Positions 11,956 through 24,871 of a DNA stretch of 64,000 nucleotides are shown one piece after another. The notes under the pieces are model-generated. The model did not search any database. It worked only from the letters and a program-made list of their open reading frames with translations, and was not told the origin of the DNA. The stretch's first letter is position 1. Each line of letters begins with the position of its first letter. The translations under genes were made by a program, and so were the position numbers. This DNA comes from Microthyrium microscopicum (lineage: Eukaryota). Location: the NCBI GenBank assembly GCA_010405405.1, contig MU004240.1:758316-822315 (forward strand), written 5' to 3'.

Positions 11956-13594
11956 TTACGATATAATGCCTTCTTGCTTGAGATCTTCAATCTCCTTGTT
12001 TGTATAACCAAGCTGCTCCCCCAATATTTCTTCCGTATGTTGTCCCAACGTTGGTGGAGGAGACCTAATTCCAGGTCTTGAATGTGAGTACTTGACTGGA
12101 GTATTCACAAGTTTTATAGGGCCGCAAGCAGGGTGGTCAACTTCAGTTACCATTTTCCGAGCTTGCACTGTAGTATTGTTAGTATAGACGTTGTGGAGAA
12201 TGGATCAAATTTGAAATTACCATGTGGATGATTTAATGTCGTTTGAACATCATTTATGGCAGCATACGGCATCCCACTTCCTTCAAGTGCCTTCAGCCAT
12301 TCTTCTGTAGTTCTTTTCTTCGTCTCAGCTTCGATGAGGTTTTCAAGCTCTATCCGGTTCTGTACTCTGACATTGTTGGTCACGAAACGTGAGTCTTTGG
12401 CCCACTCAGGTCTGCCGATTTTGTTGCATATAACCCCGAAAAGTCTGTCGTTGCCACCTCCGAGTAGGATATCGCCATCCTTTGTTTTAAACCCTTTATA
12501 AGGCACAATTGAAGCTTATTAAGTTAGTTAGTTCGGATAACATATGACTTGAATGGACGTACGGTGTGCTGTTCCCCAGCGACCGGAATCCTTCTTGCCA
12601 CTGATAAGTGTAGAGCTCGCAATGTTCGCAAGAGATGCAACTTGACAATCTGTCAGAGAGACGTCGATATGTTGCCCTTTGCCAGTTCTTCCCCTGCCGA
12701 TGAGTGCCGCAAGGACAGAATTTGAAGTGTAAAGTCCGGTTGTCAAGTCAGTAATGGCGACACCAACTTTGACAGGTGGACCATCTCTTGAGCCGGTAAT
12801 GTGCATCAGACCCATTTCTCTATATAAGCATTAGTCTAACTCGATAACCTCGAGAGGCCGAGAACATACGCTTCTACCATCACGTCATAACCAGCTCGAT
12901 TGCTATAAGGACCCGTCTGCCCATAACCGGTGATACTTGCGTATATTATGCCCGGATTTACCTTTGCTACGGATTCATAGTCCATAGCATACTTTTTCAG
13001 TGCACCAGGAAGATAATTTTCGACTAGCACATCGCATTCCTTGGCCAGCTTGTGAAGTATCTCGACTCCTGCCGGATGTGCAAACGAGAGTCCAATGCTC
13101 TTCTTATTTCGGTTTACCTAACCAATTTAGTTTTTGAGAAGGCAGTGCAGTGATCCGAAAGATGAAAAGTCCTTACAGATAGGAAATAAGCGCTTTCACC
13201 AGGTCCCTTAGTTTCACCATCCGTGTATGGAGCGTATGGTGGACCCCAAGCTCTTGTGTCATCACCTCGAACTGGATGTTCTATCTTGATAATCTCCGCC
13301 CTTGAACCCCGTCAGAATAGATCGATATACGCATATAGAATGGAACCGACCCGAGATCACCGAGTATTTGTGTCGAGTATGGCTAAACACATCTCAGTAC
13401 AATGGTTTTGACGCGCGGTAGGACAAGCTCACTCCAGCCAGAACTCTGGTCATGTCGAGGACTCGAATGCCCTTGAGGGGAAGTCTGCCGTCATCGCTGG
13501 CGGCTGTCGCAAGACATCTTCGGAGACTCCTAATCGGACTTGGCTTCACACAGGTAAACTGATGAGAAAATCTAGTCAAAGTCCGGGATGCCAT
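11956..13594 (-). CDS. Mitochondrial class III CoA-transferase (CaiB/BaiF, SUGCT-like)
   Basis: Presequence followed by [56 protein letters not shown] and PPTLGQHT; multi-exon. Confidence 0.93.
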
Positions 13595-14042
13595 GGATCC
13601 AATTGTCTTTGCAGAATGTTGTTGTTGAATGAGGCGGGAGCTCTCTCAGAAACACCAACAATCGCGTAGCTCGAGGTTCCGAGGTCGGTTGCTTTTTTGG
13701 TACTAGTTGACTCGGGCGAGATTCTTTTTGCCGCAGGCAATATGCAGATCATAGAAGCTTCATAGAAATAACTACTCTTTTGCTAGAATAATAAGGCCTA
13801 AATCTTTACAGTTGGACTGTTGTTACTTGGTCGGCTGTCATCGTCACCATTGACCTCAAATTGCTCTAGCCCCGCCTCAGACTGACCCGATCACAACTCA
13901 GAATCTCGAAGACCTTTCCTAAGTCCGAAAGCGAAAATAACGCCCAAATATTTATCCAGCCTTCAGCTCTGATACTGTATATATATTGAAGTAAAGCATT
14001 TTCAACCCGAGTCGAGCCGGTACTGGGCACAGCAAGCAAAAT

Positions 14043-14842
14043 ATGTTCACGGGAATAGTAGAAGTCATTGGGAGTCAGTCTTGCTACAATTTATATCACC
14101 AATTCACTAACAACTCCAGCCGTTTCTAAGTTAGAGGAGCTAGACACAAGCAGCAGTGGAGGAGGAGGAACGTCTCTTACCATCGCCGGCGCCGCTTCCA
14201 TCCTTACAGACTGCCATGAAGGCGACAGCATATCCATCAACGGTAACCCGTCCACGCCACCCTAGTTTATCCCAGCTAATCCTTTCAACAGGAACATGTC
14301 TGACTGTAACTGAATTCACCCCCGAGACCTTCAAAGTCGGCGTCGCCCCCGAAACTCTCCGCCGCACCAATCTGGGCGCCCTCAAAAACAACTCCCCCGT
14401 CAACCTTGAGCGCGCCGTCTCCGGCTCCACACGCATGGGCGGCCACATTGTACAAGGCCATGTAGACACCACAGCGCGCATCCTAAGCATCACACCCGAT
14501 GGCAACGCGCTCACCTTCCGCTTCCAGCCGCGCGATGTCTCGCTGCTAAAGTACGTGGTGGAGAAAGGCTTCATCACGATCGACGGCGCGAGCTTGACGG
14601 TGACGGCGGTCCAAGATGGGAAGGACGGCTGGTGGGAGGTGATGATGATTGCGTATACGCAGACGCGCGTGGTGACGGCGGACAAGAAGGTGGGCGAGGA
14701 GGTTAATGTTGAGGTCGATATGGTGGGCAAGTATGTGGAGAAGAACGTGCAGGCGTGGTTTGCGGGTGAGGGCGAGAGTGTGGCGCTGGAGAGGTTGGTG
14801 GGTAGATTGGTTGATGAGAGATTGAAAGCGAAGGGACTGTGA
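14043..14842 (+). CDS. RIB5: Riboflavin synthase
   Basis: N-terminal MFTGIVE; motifs GDSISING-TCLTV, NLERA, GGHIVQGHVD, KGFITIDGASLT and VNVEVD; two introns. Confidence 0.97.
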
Positions 14843-14945
14843 TTCCGGACAGTCCAGAGTTGTCTTGTATGATCATCCAATACCTAGATATGAATCAAAG
14901 ACAAATTCAACGCCTGAAGTCAAAAATCAGCCAGTGGTCTGTCGT

Positions 14946-16583
14946 TCATCTTGTTGACTCTGCTGAGGAGAGTAGAGTGCGTTTGCTTTTCCCAGAGAAT
15001 GTATCCTCAAGTCCTTCAGTATCCGAATCGTCGCCCGTGTTTTGAGAGCTGCGTCCAACGAGAGCCTCGAAGACAGAATCCACGCTGTCATCAATGCCAG
15101 CGACTGTATCGTCACCTTCTAGCTCGTTGGACTTTCCCCATGGCCATATATACATACTTCGCTGACCATCGTGACACAGCAGGGATGGTTTGGGATGTTG
15201 GCTTTTGATCCATTGTATGTCAAATTTGCCGTTGGAATACCGAAAGGGCATCTGTGCGACTACAGGCTCGCCTTTTGTTGAATCCCATAGATGTATATAC
15301 GGTACATTCTCCTTCTCAACCACGATCAAGAGCAACCCAGGGATAGAAGGATGCCAGGAAAGTCGTTTGATAGGTGAATGCTGAACAAGGACACATTTCA
15401 CCTGGAAGGAAGCCAGATCCCATATCCAGGCCGTGGTTGGGGCCAAATCATCTTTGGTCACAACCAAAGTGCTGGAAGCATCGACAGTAACCAGAGAAAT
15501 GCCGTGTTTTGGATCTTGGTCCGTTGAAGCAGTCAAGGAAGTTGGTGGGGAGAATGGCGAGGTGACGATTGTGTATGATCGCGTCAAGGGCCCCGTAAGC
15601 TGTTCTTGCCATATTGGCTTATCTTCTCCGAGATTTATGATAGCTGCGTGATCCAAGTGCATCATGGGAGTAAACTGTAGCATGGTGTTAGCTTGAACCA
15701 AAGATTCAACAACAAGGACATACAGTGCGAGACTTTAGGATAGTTACACGACGACAATGCCCTCCAAGTAACAAATGCTGACTATCAGGACTCCAGACCA
15801 GAGTTAGAATCCCAAGTTCGAAATCCTCACCACCTTGATTGCCAAGGTAAGGCCGAAAGAGGTTCCCATCTGCTGTGTAGATTTGTACGTTCGTGCCCAA
15901 AGCAGATGCATCCCAGATGGCAATCCATCTCCCGTCTGGACTCCATTTCAATCCTTGAGCATCAGTAGTAGAAGTCGTAGCAGTTCGAACCACGTTATAA
16001 GACTCTGGTGCGTGTATAGTGAGAAGGTCTACCGCTGCTGGCCTTGAAAGAAACGCAAGATGGCCGCTATTAGGTCTGAAAGCGTAGAAATTGACCAAAG
16101 ATTTGGAATCCCTGATCTCAACATGTCTGCCCGACACAAGAGACCACACAGTAAGCTTTGAGCCAAAGTCGTTGAGGATCAGGATTTCATCTTTTGTTCG
16201 ACCAAACTCGGCACTGGCAATTTTGCCCATCCCACCGGTCCCATTCGTGATTTTGGCAGACCATTGGGTGTCGTCAAGATCCCAGGCCCGAACATTATCA
16301 CGGCCTTGAATCAGGATCCGTCGACTATCAGTTGGAGAGTTCGATTCTGGTGACCATTTAATGGCATTACCGGCAACACCGACCTGAATCGTGCGGACAG
16401 GTTTCGAGGAACCTGTTAGACAAATGTCTATCCGTTCTCCACTCTTAGGAATGGCAATGTATTTACAGTCGTCTGATAGACAGGCCGGAGCAGAGCCTGT
16501 TACACAAATATTAGCATGTACAACTCTGCGGCAGGATAAGGAGGTGTTGATAACCCACTCTCGATGGCGGATGAGAACTCCAT
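14946..16583 (-). CDS. WD40 repeat protein, WRAP73/WDR8-like
   Basis: Start MEFSSAIE; motifs DFGSKLTVWSL, DAQGLKWSPDGRWIAIWD and VLVQHSPIKRLSWHP; two introns. Confidence 0.8.
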
Positions 16584-16920
16584 GTAGCGTTATTTTTTGT
16601 CTATACCTCTAAATTCGTGCTATCGAAGCTCATGGCAAAATATGAATTGGATTTCACCGTGGTTGACGACTTTCAGCCTTGCAGCAGTTCGTGTTTACAT
16701 TTAGACAACAATACAATCCAGTGGGGCGAACCCCTAAGCTAGGGGCTCTCGAAAGACGCTAGTGAGCTAGCGCCAAACTTCAATCTTGAACTTTTTAATA
16801 CTCCAAAATTTATCGGCTTGTCATCCACTACCAATACTCAAATTTCCTTCAAAACACCTAGCTACAGCCAACATGCGAGTCTGATAATTGAATCACATCG
16901 CGCTCTGTGTAAGACTTCAA

Positions 16921-18635
16921 ATGACCATCGCCTTGAGGCGTTGTGTTAGATCCTGGCCACACTTTTATCCCTATCCCCAACTCCAGAGTACCAATTTGAT
17001 ATCGACTCATCCACGAGGCAATATAGTTACAAAATCTACCAAACTCTACTCTAGCAATTCCAAAAGCTACAATCTTCCGAAAATGGCGTCCGATTCGCCT
17101 CAAACCTCTCCTTCTCGCCCTAAACTTCATGGTCGCGCCTTCTACGAGTCCATCGGCAGCCCAAACTTCATCCTCGCACCAATGGTCGACCAATCTGAAT
17201 TTGTAAATACTCTCACCCTCCTCCCTACTCCTCACTCTAACAACTTCAGGCCTGGCGACTCCTCACCCGCTTCTTTCTACCCGCAGAACGCCAGCCCTCC
17301 CTTCTCGCCTACACGCCCATGTTCCACGCCCGCCTTTTCGCTTCCGGTCCAAAATATCGCGATGCCGCCTTCCAACCGTTCCAACGATCGTGGACCAGTC
17401 TAAATGGGCCGGCAGAAACAGCAGAGCCATTATACCTAGATGGCAACCCAGCACACGACCGCCCACTCTTTGTTCAGTTCTGCGCCAATGACCCCACCGA
17501 ACTCCTCTCCGCCGCCCAGTACGTCGCGCCCTACTGCGACGCCATAGACTTAAACCTAGGCTGTCCCCAAGGCATAGCGCGCAAAGGACACTACGGCGCC
17601 TTCCTCCAAGAAGACTGGGATCTAATATACCGCCTAATCAACACCCTGCACACCAACCTCTCCATCCCCGTAACAGCCAAGATGCGCATCCTCGACACAC
17701 GCGAGCAAACACTCGCCTACGCCTGCATGATCCTCTCCGCCGGCGCAAGCATAATAACAGTCCACGGACGGCGACGGGAGCAAAAAGGGCACAACACAGG
17801 CGTAGCAGATTGGGAGATGATTAAATATCTGCGCGACAATCTGCCAGCAGACACAGTTCTATTTGCCAATGGCAATATTCTACAACACAGCGACATACAA
17901 GCGTGCCTAGCCGCGACTGGTGCGGACGGCGTGATGAGCGCGGAAGGAAATCTACATGATCCATCAATATTTGCAGAACCGCCAACGCCGGGCTCAAATA
18001 ACAGGGAGTACTGGTGGGGAGCGGATGGACGGGGTGGGTATCGGGTGGATGCGGTGTTGAGGAGATATTTGGATATCATATACACGCATGTCCTCGGCAC
18101 CACGCCACCCGTCCGTCAACCGCTCTTCATTATTGGTGATAAAGCGTTCGATAATGGAAAAGCAAAAGAAACCTCGACTTCTGGTGAAGAGGAGAAGAAG
18201 CAGAGCAAGGCAAGCACGCAATCTAATAACCCAAACCTCACAGCGATGAAAGCACATGTTTTTGCACTGATGAGATCGCTTATACCCACACATACACATA
18301 TCCGGGATACCATAGCGCGCGCCCGAGGTGGTGATATGGATGCTTTCGAACAAGTATTAGCTTTGACTGAGGCCGCCATCCGAGACGAATTCATCAATCA
18401 ATCGAAAATCGAAAATAGCTTCACATCACTGGAGATCAATGATAGCGTAGAAAACTCAAGCATACGAGCTCGATGTGTTCGTCCTTGGTGGGTTGTACAG
18501 CCGTATATCAGACCGCTTCCCGAGGAGGCTATTGCAAAGGGATCAATGCAAATGAGTAAAAAGGCCAAGAAAGAGCTGGCGGAGCGTGAAATGGCCGCAA
18601 ATCCTCAGGCTGAACCGATAGCAGCTGCAGCTTGA
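16921..18635 (+). CDS. DUS1: tRNA-dihydrouridine(16/17) synthase; alternative start at 17083
   Basis: Motifs FILAPMVDQSEF-AWR, DRPLFVQFCAND, DLNLGCPQGIARKGHYGAFL and VHGRRREQKG; intron 17203-17249. Confidence 0.95.
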
Positions 18636-18980
18636 GTATGCAGGGATTGGAACTGTCCCGCAAGGAATCTGTCACGACAGGAATTTGTCCCGAGTTGGAC
18701 GTGGTGCCTTCCTGCCCCAACGCAAAAACGCGCGAGCTCTGCGTCGTGTGAATGGCTATTCTGCGTCAAATCCAAGGAATGCAAAGTTGTCAAATATGGC
18801 AGTAAGGTTGTAGGGATGTAAAGACAAATGATGAGTTTGGCCAAGACAGCCTTTATCTCCAGCGCAAGTACAGCAAGCCAATAAGCATGTATGATAATCA
18901 TAGCGCCGGCTTTGCAGTCCAGAAAGTTGCCAAATTCATCATTGGCAGGAGACTGTTCAAGTTGGAAATCCTGGATGGAA

Positions 18981-20101
18981 TCAGAAAGTGGACCAGCTCC
19001 AATCTCGGGGAACACTCTGAGCAATGCTGTTCATGAGACCTTCCCCCTTCTTCTTGCCATTGATTTCCAAGGATGTTTTGGCGGTACCATCAGCACTTGA
19101 TGCTCTCTCGCCAGCTTCCTTCAGCTTTCTGAGCCGTTCACTTTCCCAGACTCCATAGTCCTTGAAACAATCATCGCAGGAGCGATATCTTTGAGCAAGA
19201 GGATGAAACCTGGCATGTTGGTCCAAGGGAACATAATGTGGAGAGTGGTTGGAGCAGAAGATATGGCCACATCGTCGGCAGTGATGTCGCCGGGTGATGA
19301 AAGTAAATGATCGCTCACATGTTGGAGAATCGCATTGTGGAGATGCTGGGTCGGGCTGTACCCATATTAGTATGCTGAATTTTTCATGTGGTAAAAACAA
19401 TTGTCATGAACAATGTTGAAATAAATCATAAACAATTGCAAATCCAATAATACGAAGGAGCAAAATTCAACAGTCAAGTCAATAAGGCTGTCAGATTCTT
19501 GCTCGAAAAATCAAATAAAGTCAAAGGCATGATGTTGAGTTTTTGGAGTAGCGGGTAGTCGCGTGTCATCACATGCATGTCAACGGGGAATCCATGCCAA
19601 GTATTTGGATGGGTTTTGGGGATAAAATGATAGGTTCGCAAGGGCACACAAGAGCAAAGACAAACTAACCTTCCAATGATTTCGTGAGGGTGGTCCGGTC
19701 ACCTTACCCATTGATGTTTCGACCCACTCTTCGGTGACCATTCGCCGGAGTGCGAGCGGTCTAGTAGCAGGTGCGGAATCGTCTTCATCTTGCGCGTTTT
19801 CTGCCGTGTCCAGACCGAGATTGTCAGCTTTCTTTGGCGGTGAGAACCTTCCAGGCCTCTCTGTTGGACGTAGAACTGCAGGCACGTATATTGGAGCGCG
19901 CGGACTTCGTATTTGCTTTGGTGCAAAAGAGATACTGGAGCTGTTTGCCCATGTACTGCGTGGAGAAGATGGAGATTGGTCTTTTGGCGTAGCAGGACTC
20001 GAGTCTGGTGGAGTCACAGGTTGCTGGGCAGGCGGCATAGGCTCGGGAGCCGTAAAAGGATTTGAGAATAGACCGTGATGTTGAGCAGAAACGGTCGCCA
20101 T
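18981..20101 (-). CDS. FYVE zinc-finger protein
   Basis: Motifs WK-PD..SPQCDSPTC, RRHHCRRCGHIFCSNHS and SCDDC; C-terminal DWSWSTF; one 314-nt intron (19356-19669). Confidence 0.9.
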
Positions 20102-21594
20102 GAGGAAGAGGGGGAAAATGTCGGGCGAAGAAAGTGTAGCGACGGGCGGAGGTTGGTATTCTTATCAGTGGCCTGGCCTGGGGTGGTTTGGCGGTTTGGC
20201 GGTTTGGCAGTACCTTACAAGAGGCGACTGGGCGCGTTGGTGAGTTATTAGAAGTGAAGAATAGCAACGAGACTGGTTGTTAGCCAAATCTACGCTTTAG
20301 TGAAGAGAAGAAAAGGAAAAGGCAGCGGATTCCATTGCGGAAAAGGTGTGGTGAAAGGACAATTAGCACGGTATCATTACGGTACTTGATTAAATGGCTG
20401 ATTCCGTCTAGACTTGGAGGAGATATGACAAGCGGACTGGCCAATCAACAGCTGTGTATTGCTGCGAGGCAGAAGATAAGGCTAGACTGGGGATCCTAGC
20501 TAGTGCTAGTAGCCAACCAGGGATTCACAGTTCATGCTATAAAACATGGCCACCAGCGCCTGTTACCGTTGTGGTGGGCCGTTGAATGTCTTGGGTCTCA
20601 ATCGTTAATGTGCAACTTCACTTTGTAGTTTGTATGATACTTTGCTGCTTCTCTCTTCATCTTTGAAGATGTTGTTGGATGGTACTATAAATACTGATAC
20701 TTAGCAAGGCGAACAGACTGATCTAGCCTCCAAGCCCCAGGGTCCAGGAGTTCCTGCCGTCTTTCTTAGCTGCAGTTGCCAACGGACTGGCTTCCGTGCC
20801 GCCCTTGTCCCTGCCTGGCTCAGTAGTGCTCGGCCTTTCAGTGTTTGTGTTCCTTCGAAATTCGGCCTCTTTTGGAGTCTACGGAGGAAGGACCCCGAAC
20901 CTCAACCACATCCGTTCCTGCCCGTTGAACCTGTTGCTGCTACTTTTGGACATTTTAGCCTGGAACGTAACTTCCTCCCTTTAATCGCTCTTACTCCATA
21001 CACGACTGATATAATATTCGTTATTCCATGAAAAGCATTGAGCCATACATCAAATGCGAGGGCGAGAAACTACTGTTGAATTGAGGCTGTCTATGTAAAG
21101 TATATGCGAGCAATCAATCAAATCGCTTCTTGCCGATACTCAGCACCAAATATGGCCGTTCTGATACTCTCTAGCTACGATATCTTTACTGTATCCAGCA
21201 ATTGTCCTGTCAGCATCAACCATGTTTCATCTTGCCCTCAAAACAGTCCAAGATGATCAGATCTTACCCCTCCTCCTACTGCAATGGCCTACCTCGGCAC
21301 TGACCAGAACCTTACTCTAGAGTAGCATTCACTCTTTACTGAAATAGATGAGGTGCCAGGATACCGTATATGCTTTAATCACCTTCCCCAGATTTGGCCA
21401 CTTCCTTAGCCAATAGACATCCCAGCCTGGTCTTCTTTACGACACCTGGTGGTGAGACACCTAGCCTTGTCACATGTGGGCCGAGTTGCAGTGCTTCAAC
21501 ATTTCAACCACCCATTGACCTCACAATATAGGCGGCTGACTTGTACCTCTTCCTCAACTACTTGCAATTATCAGCTCCTGTCAAAACGTCCATC

Positions 21595-23969
21595 ATGTCT
21601 GCTCCAGAAGACACATACCCTCCTGGCCCATATACTCCCAAACCAAGCCCATTGCACCCGGCACCTTCAAAGGATCCTCTCTCCAAAGATCAGTGGCGAA
21701 CTTTCTATGCACTTGCCGACACCATTGTAGCATGTATCCAACCATCAAGTCTCGCCAAACCACAGGTCGATTATGGAGTCGCAGAGAACGACTATGCCAT
21801 GGCATTCAACAAGGCAGAGAAATTTGCTCTTGCTGTAGGAGAGTCCAGACTCGCAAAAGAATACATGATCGAACGACCATCTGATAATCCACTCTTCCGA
21901 GCCAATGCCTACCGCCTACTATCCTCCTATGTGCCAAAAGATTTGTTTGATCAACTGGTTCTTGGACTCACACTACTCAAGTACGTTGCCAATTGACCAG
22001 TAACTGCCCTTGTACTGACTTGATAGTTATCGTATAACCGGGGTATTTTTAACACGGCGACTTGGACTTTTCGCCGATCAACCAGTCCATATCCGTGAGG
22101 AAATCGTTCAATCGTGGTCGCAGAGTCCACTACCGATTATTCGACTACTGTTCAAATCACTAGGTCTTCTTGTCAAGCAAACATGGGCAAAGTCCAGTGC
22201 CCCTCTACATAAGATGATCTCATTTCCTCGTGTGCCTGTACACGGCACGCCAGCGAAAGGATTCGAGTTCTCATTTATCGAACTCCCTCCTGGATCTCAG
22301 CCTGAAATCATAGAAACGGATGTCGTTGTGGTGGGCAGTGGATGCGGTGGTGGTGTGGTGGCAAAGAACTTGGCTGAAGCAGGACACAAGGTTCTTGTTG
22401 TTGACAAGGCATATCACTTCTCGGCGGAACACTTTCCTATGGTAGAGTCTGAGGGTTGGGTTCATTTGTTCCACAATGGCGGATTCTTATTCTGTAAGTT
22501 GCTTCTTGACATGCAACACTACCCTCTCTGATTCTTCTCTAGCTAAGGATAGCTCAACGTGTGTCGTTGCTGGTCAAGCTTGGGGTGGCGGTGGTGCAGT
22601 CAATTGGTCTGCATCTTTGCAGACTCAAGGCTACGTTCGCAAGGAGTGGTCAGATGCCGGACTTCCTTTCTTCACATCATACGAATTCCAACATTGTCTG
22701 GATTCTGTATGCGATAGAATGGGCGTCTCTGGCGATCACATCACTCAAAACAAAAACAACGACGTCCTCCTCGAAGGTGCCCGCCGACTCGGCTGGACTG
22801 CGAAAGTAGTCCCCCAAAATAGTGGAGGAAAACGACATTACTGCGGTTATTGTACGATGGGTTGCGCCGCCTGCGAAAAGCAAGGCCCATCAGTCTCCTT
22901 CCTTCCCGACGCCGCGCAAGCTGGTGCCAAGTTCATTGAAGGCTTCGACGTCGACCGCGTTCTCTTTGAAACTGATAGCAAAACCGGTAAGAAGACCGCC
23001 GTCGGCGTTCAAGGCTCGTGGCTCGGTCGCGACGAACATGGCGGCGTAGCAGGCGAGCGACGCACAAAGCGCAAAGTCATCATCAAAGCCAAGCGCGTCA
23101 TCATCTCCGCCGGCACAATGCATACGCCCACCATTCTTATGCGGTCACGCCTGACAAACAAGCACATTGGCAGCAATCTCAAGCTGCACCCTGTTTGTGT
23201 CGTCGGCAGCGTATACGACGAGGAAGTGCGGCCATGGGAAGGCGGTATTCTCACCGCCGTCGTCTCCAACTACGAGAACCTGGACGGAAAAGGCCATGGT
23301 GTAAAACTTGAAGCTACATCTATGCTACCATCCACATGGTTGGCCTTCCCTGTCTGGCGCGGCTCAGTGGACTGGAAGATGTTAGCACTCAACATGAAGC
23401 ATATGACCGGGCACATTAGTCTCGCCCGCGATGAAGGATCCGGCTCAGTTTATTTAGACGCGCACGACGGCCGCCCACGCTTCAAGTACAACCCCAGTCG
23501 TAAAGACCGCAGACATATCCTCGAAGGAGTAATCGCCCTCGCCAAATTAAACTACATCGCCGGCGCCCGCGAAATCTTCACCGCTATACCTGGCGTGCCA
23601 CACTTTGTGCGCGCGCCCAAGCCAACGACTGGCGAGCAAGAAGGTTGTGACGCATCGGGTATCAATTGCCCAACATTCAACGCGTGGTTGGACAAGATAC
23701 GCAAAGTCGGCTTGCCGGATCCGGATACGACGTTCTTTAGTGCTCATCAGATGGGGTCGTGTCGTATGGGTGCGTCGCCGAAGAAGGGCGCACTTGATAT
23801 GTATGGCCGGACATGGGAGGCCGATAATTTGTACGTGGCGGATGCGAGTACATTCCCAAGTGCGAGTGGTGTGAATCCTATGATCACGAACATGGCAATT
23901 TCGGAATGGGTGGCAAGAAATATTGTGAAGGATATGAAGATGGGTGGTAAAGTCAAAGGGAAGTTGTAG
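21595..23969 (+). CDS. Long-chain fatty alcohol oxidase/dehydrogenase (GMC oxidoreductase)
   Basis: Motifs DVVVVGSGCGGGV, WGGGGAVNWSASL, HYCGYCTMGC, SAHQMGSCRMG and FPSASGVNPMIT. Ends in -GKL, a PTS1-like tripeptide. Two introns. Confidence 0.92.
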
Positions 23970-24118
23970 ATTTTGATCTGAAAGGGGGTGTGGTGATGGT
24001 GATGGTGTAGTTGTATAAGTGTACACTGTAGTATAGCAATTCATGTTGCGACTTCGCTCTCATGCGAGTCTGTGGGTATCTTTATTTGTTCATAATGGTC
24101 ATAATCCTCTGGTCCAGT

Positions 24119-24871
24119 TCAGGATTTGGTAGTTGGCTGCGATATCTTCAACTTTGAAACATCAACAACATGTCCCTCTATCGCCCCAACGTCCTCCCCG
24201 TTTTCTAGCGACGGAAACGCAGGCTTCTCATCCAACCCTTCCCGCTCCACAACATCCGACTTCAACAAGCCCTTCTCCACCAACTTATCCTCCTCCTTCA
24301 CCACCGCCGTCCTAATCGGCAACACTATCCCCTCAGCTCTCACATCCGCCTGCACGCTCTCCATCTCCGTAATCCCCTTCTTCCCACCAACGTCCCCCAC
24401 CGGCCACCGAAACCGAATCCAGCCCTTCCCCCTCAACCACCCAGGCGTACTCCCCAACTGCGCCTTGACATAAACAGCGCGCATTTTACACCCTGCACTA
24501 CACCACGCCTCCGCGGCTTCCCTCTCAACTACCTTCGCACCTTTCCCGCTACCGACCACGCTTTTTAGGCCGCCGTAGGGGTTGCGCTTGGGGGCTTTAG
24601 AGCAGAGGATGTAGCCGCATTTATCGACGCGGCGGCGCTCGTCTATTAGCTCGTCATAGTCGGATGCTAGGAAAAGTTGGAGATGTAGCGTTGCTAGGGA
24701 TATGTCGGTGGGAGATGGGGCGGAGACGGAGATGGTGGTGAGAGGGAGGTCGAGGAGGGATTCTAGGGCGGAGAGGTTGGTGGACTCGACGTCTTTGCGG
24801 GCTTGGTATTTTTGGGCTTCGGCGAGGGCGGCGGCTAGGTGGGTGGGGTCGACGTCTTTGGGGATGGGCAT
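24119..24871 (-). CDS. RTR1: Rtr1/RPAP2 family RNA polymerase II CTD phosphatase-like protein
   Basis: Zinc motif DYDELIDERR..KCGYILC...WCSAGCKMRA..VKAQL; C-terminal AIEGH. Confidence 0.8.
   Translation of the reverse strand: MPIPKDVDPTHLAAALAEAQKYQARKDVESTNLSALESLLDLPLTTISVSAPSPTDISLATLHLQLFLASDYDELIDERRRVDKCGYILCSKAPKRNPYGGLKSVVGSGKGAKVVEREAAEAWCSAGCKMRAVYVKAQLGSTPGWLRGKGWIRFRWPVGDVGGKKGITEMESVQADVRAEGIVLPIRTAVVKEEDKLVEKGLLKSDVVEREGLDEKPAFPSLENGEDVGAIEGHVVDVSKLKISQPTTKS

Noticed and set aside
14140..14880. 246-aa minus-strand ORF
   Set aside because: Antisense shadow of the codon-biased RIB5 gene.
16731..16745. Near-palindrome CCCCTAAGCTAGGGG in the WD40/DUS1 divergent promoter
   Set aside because: Short and imperfect; cannot be distinguished from chance.
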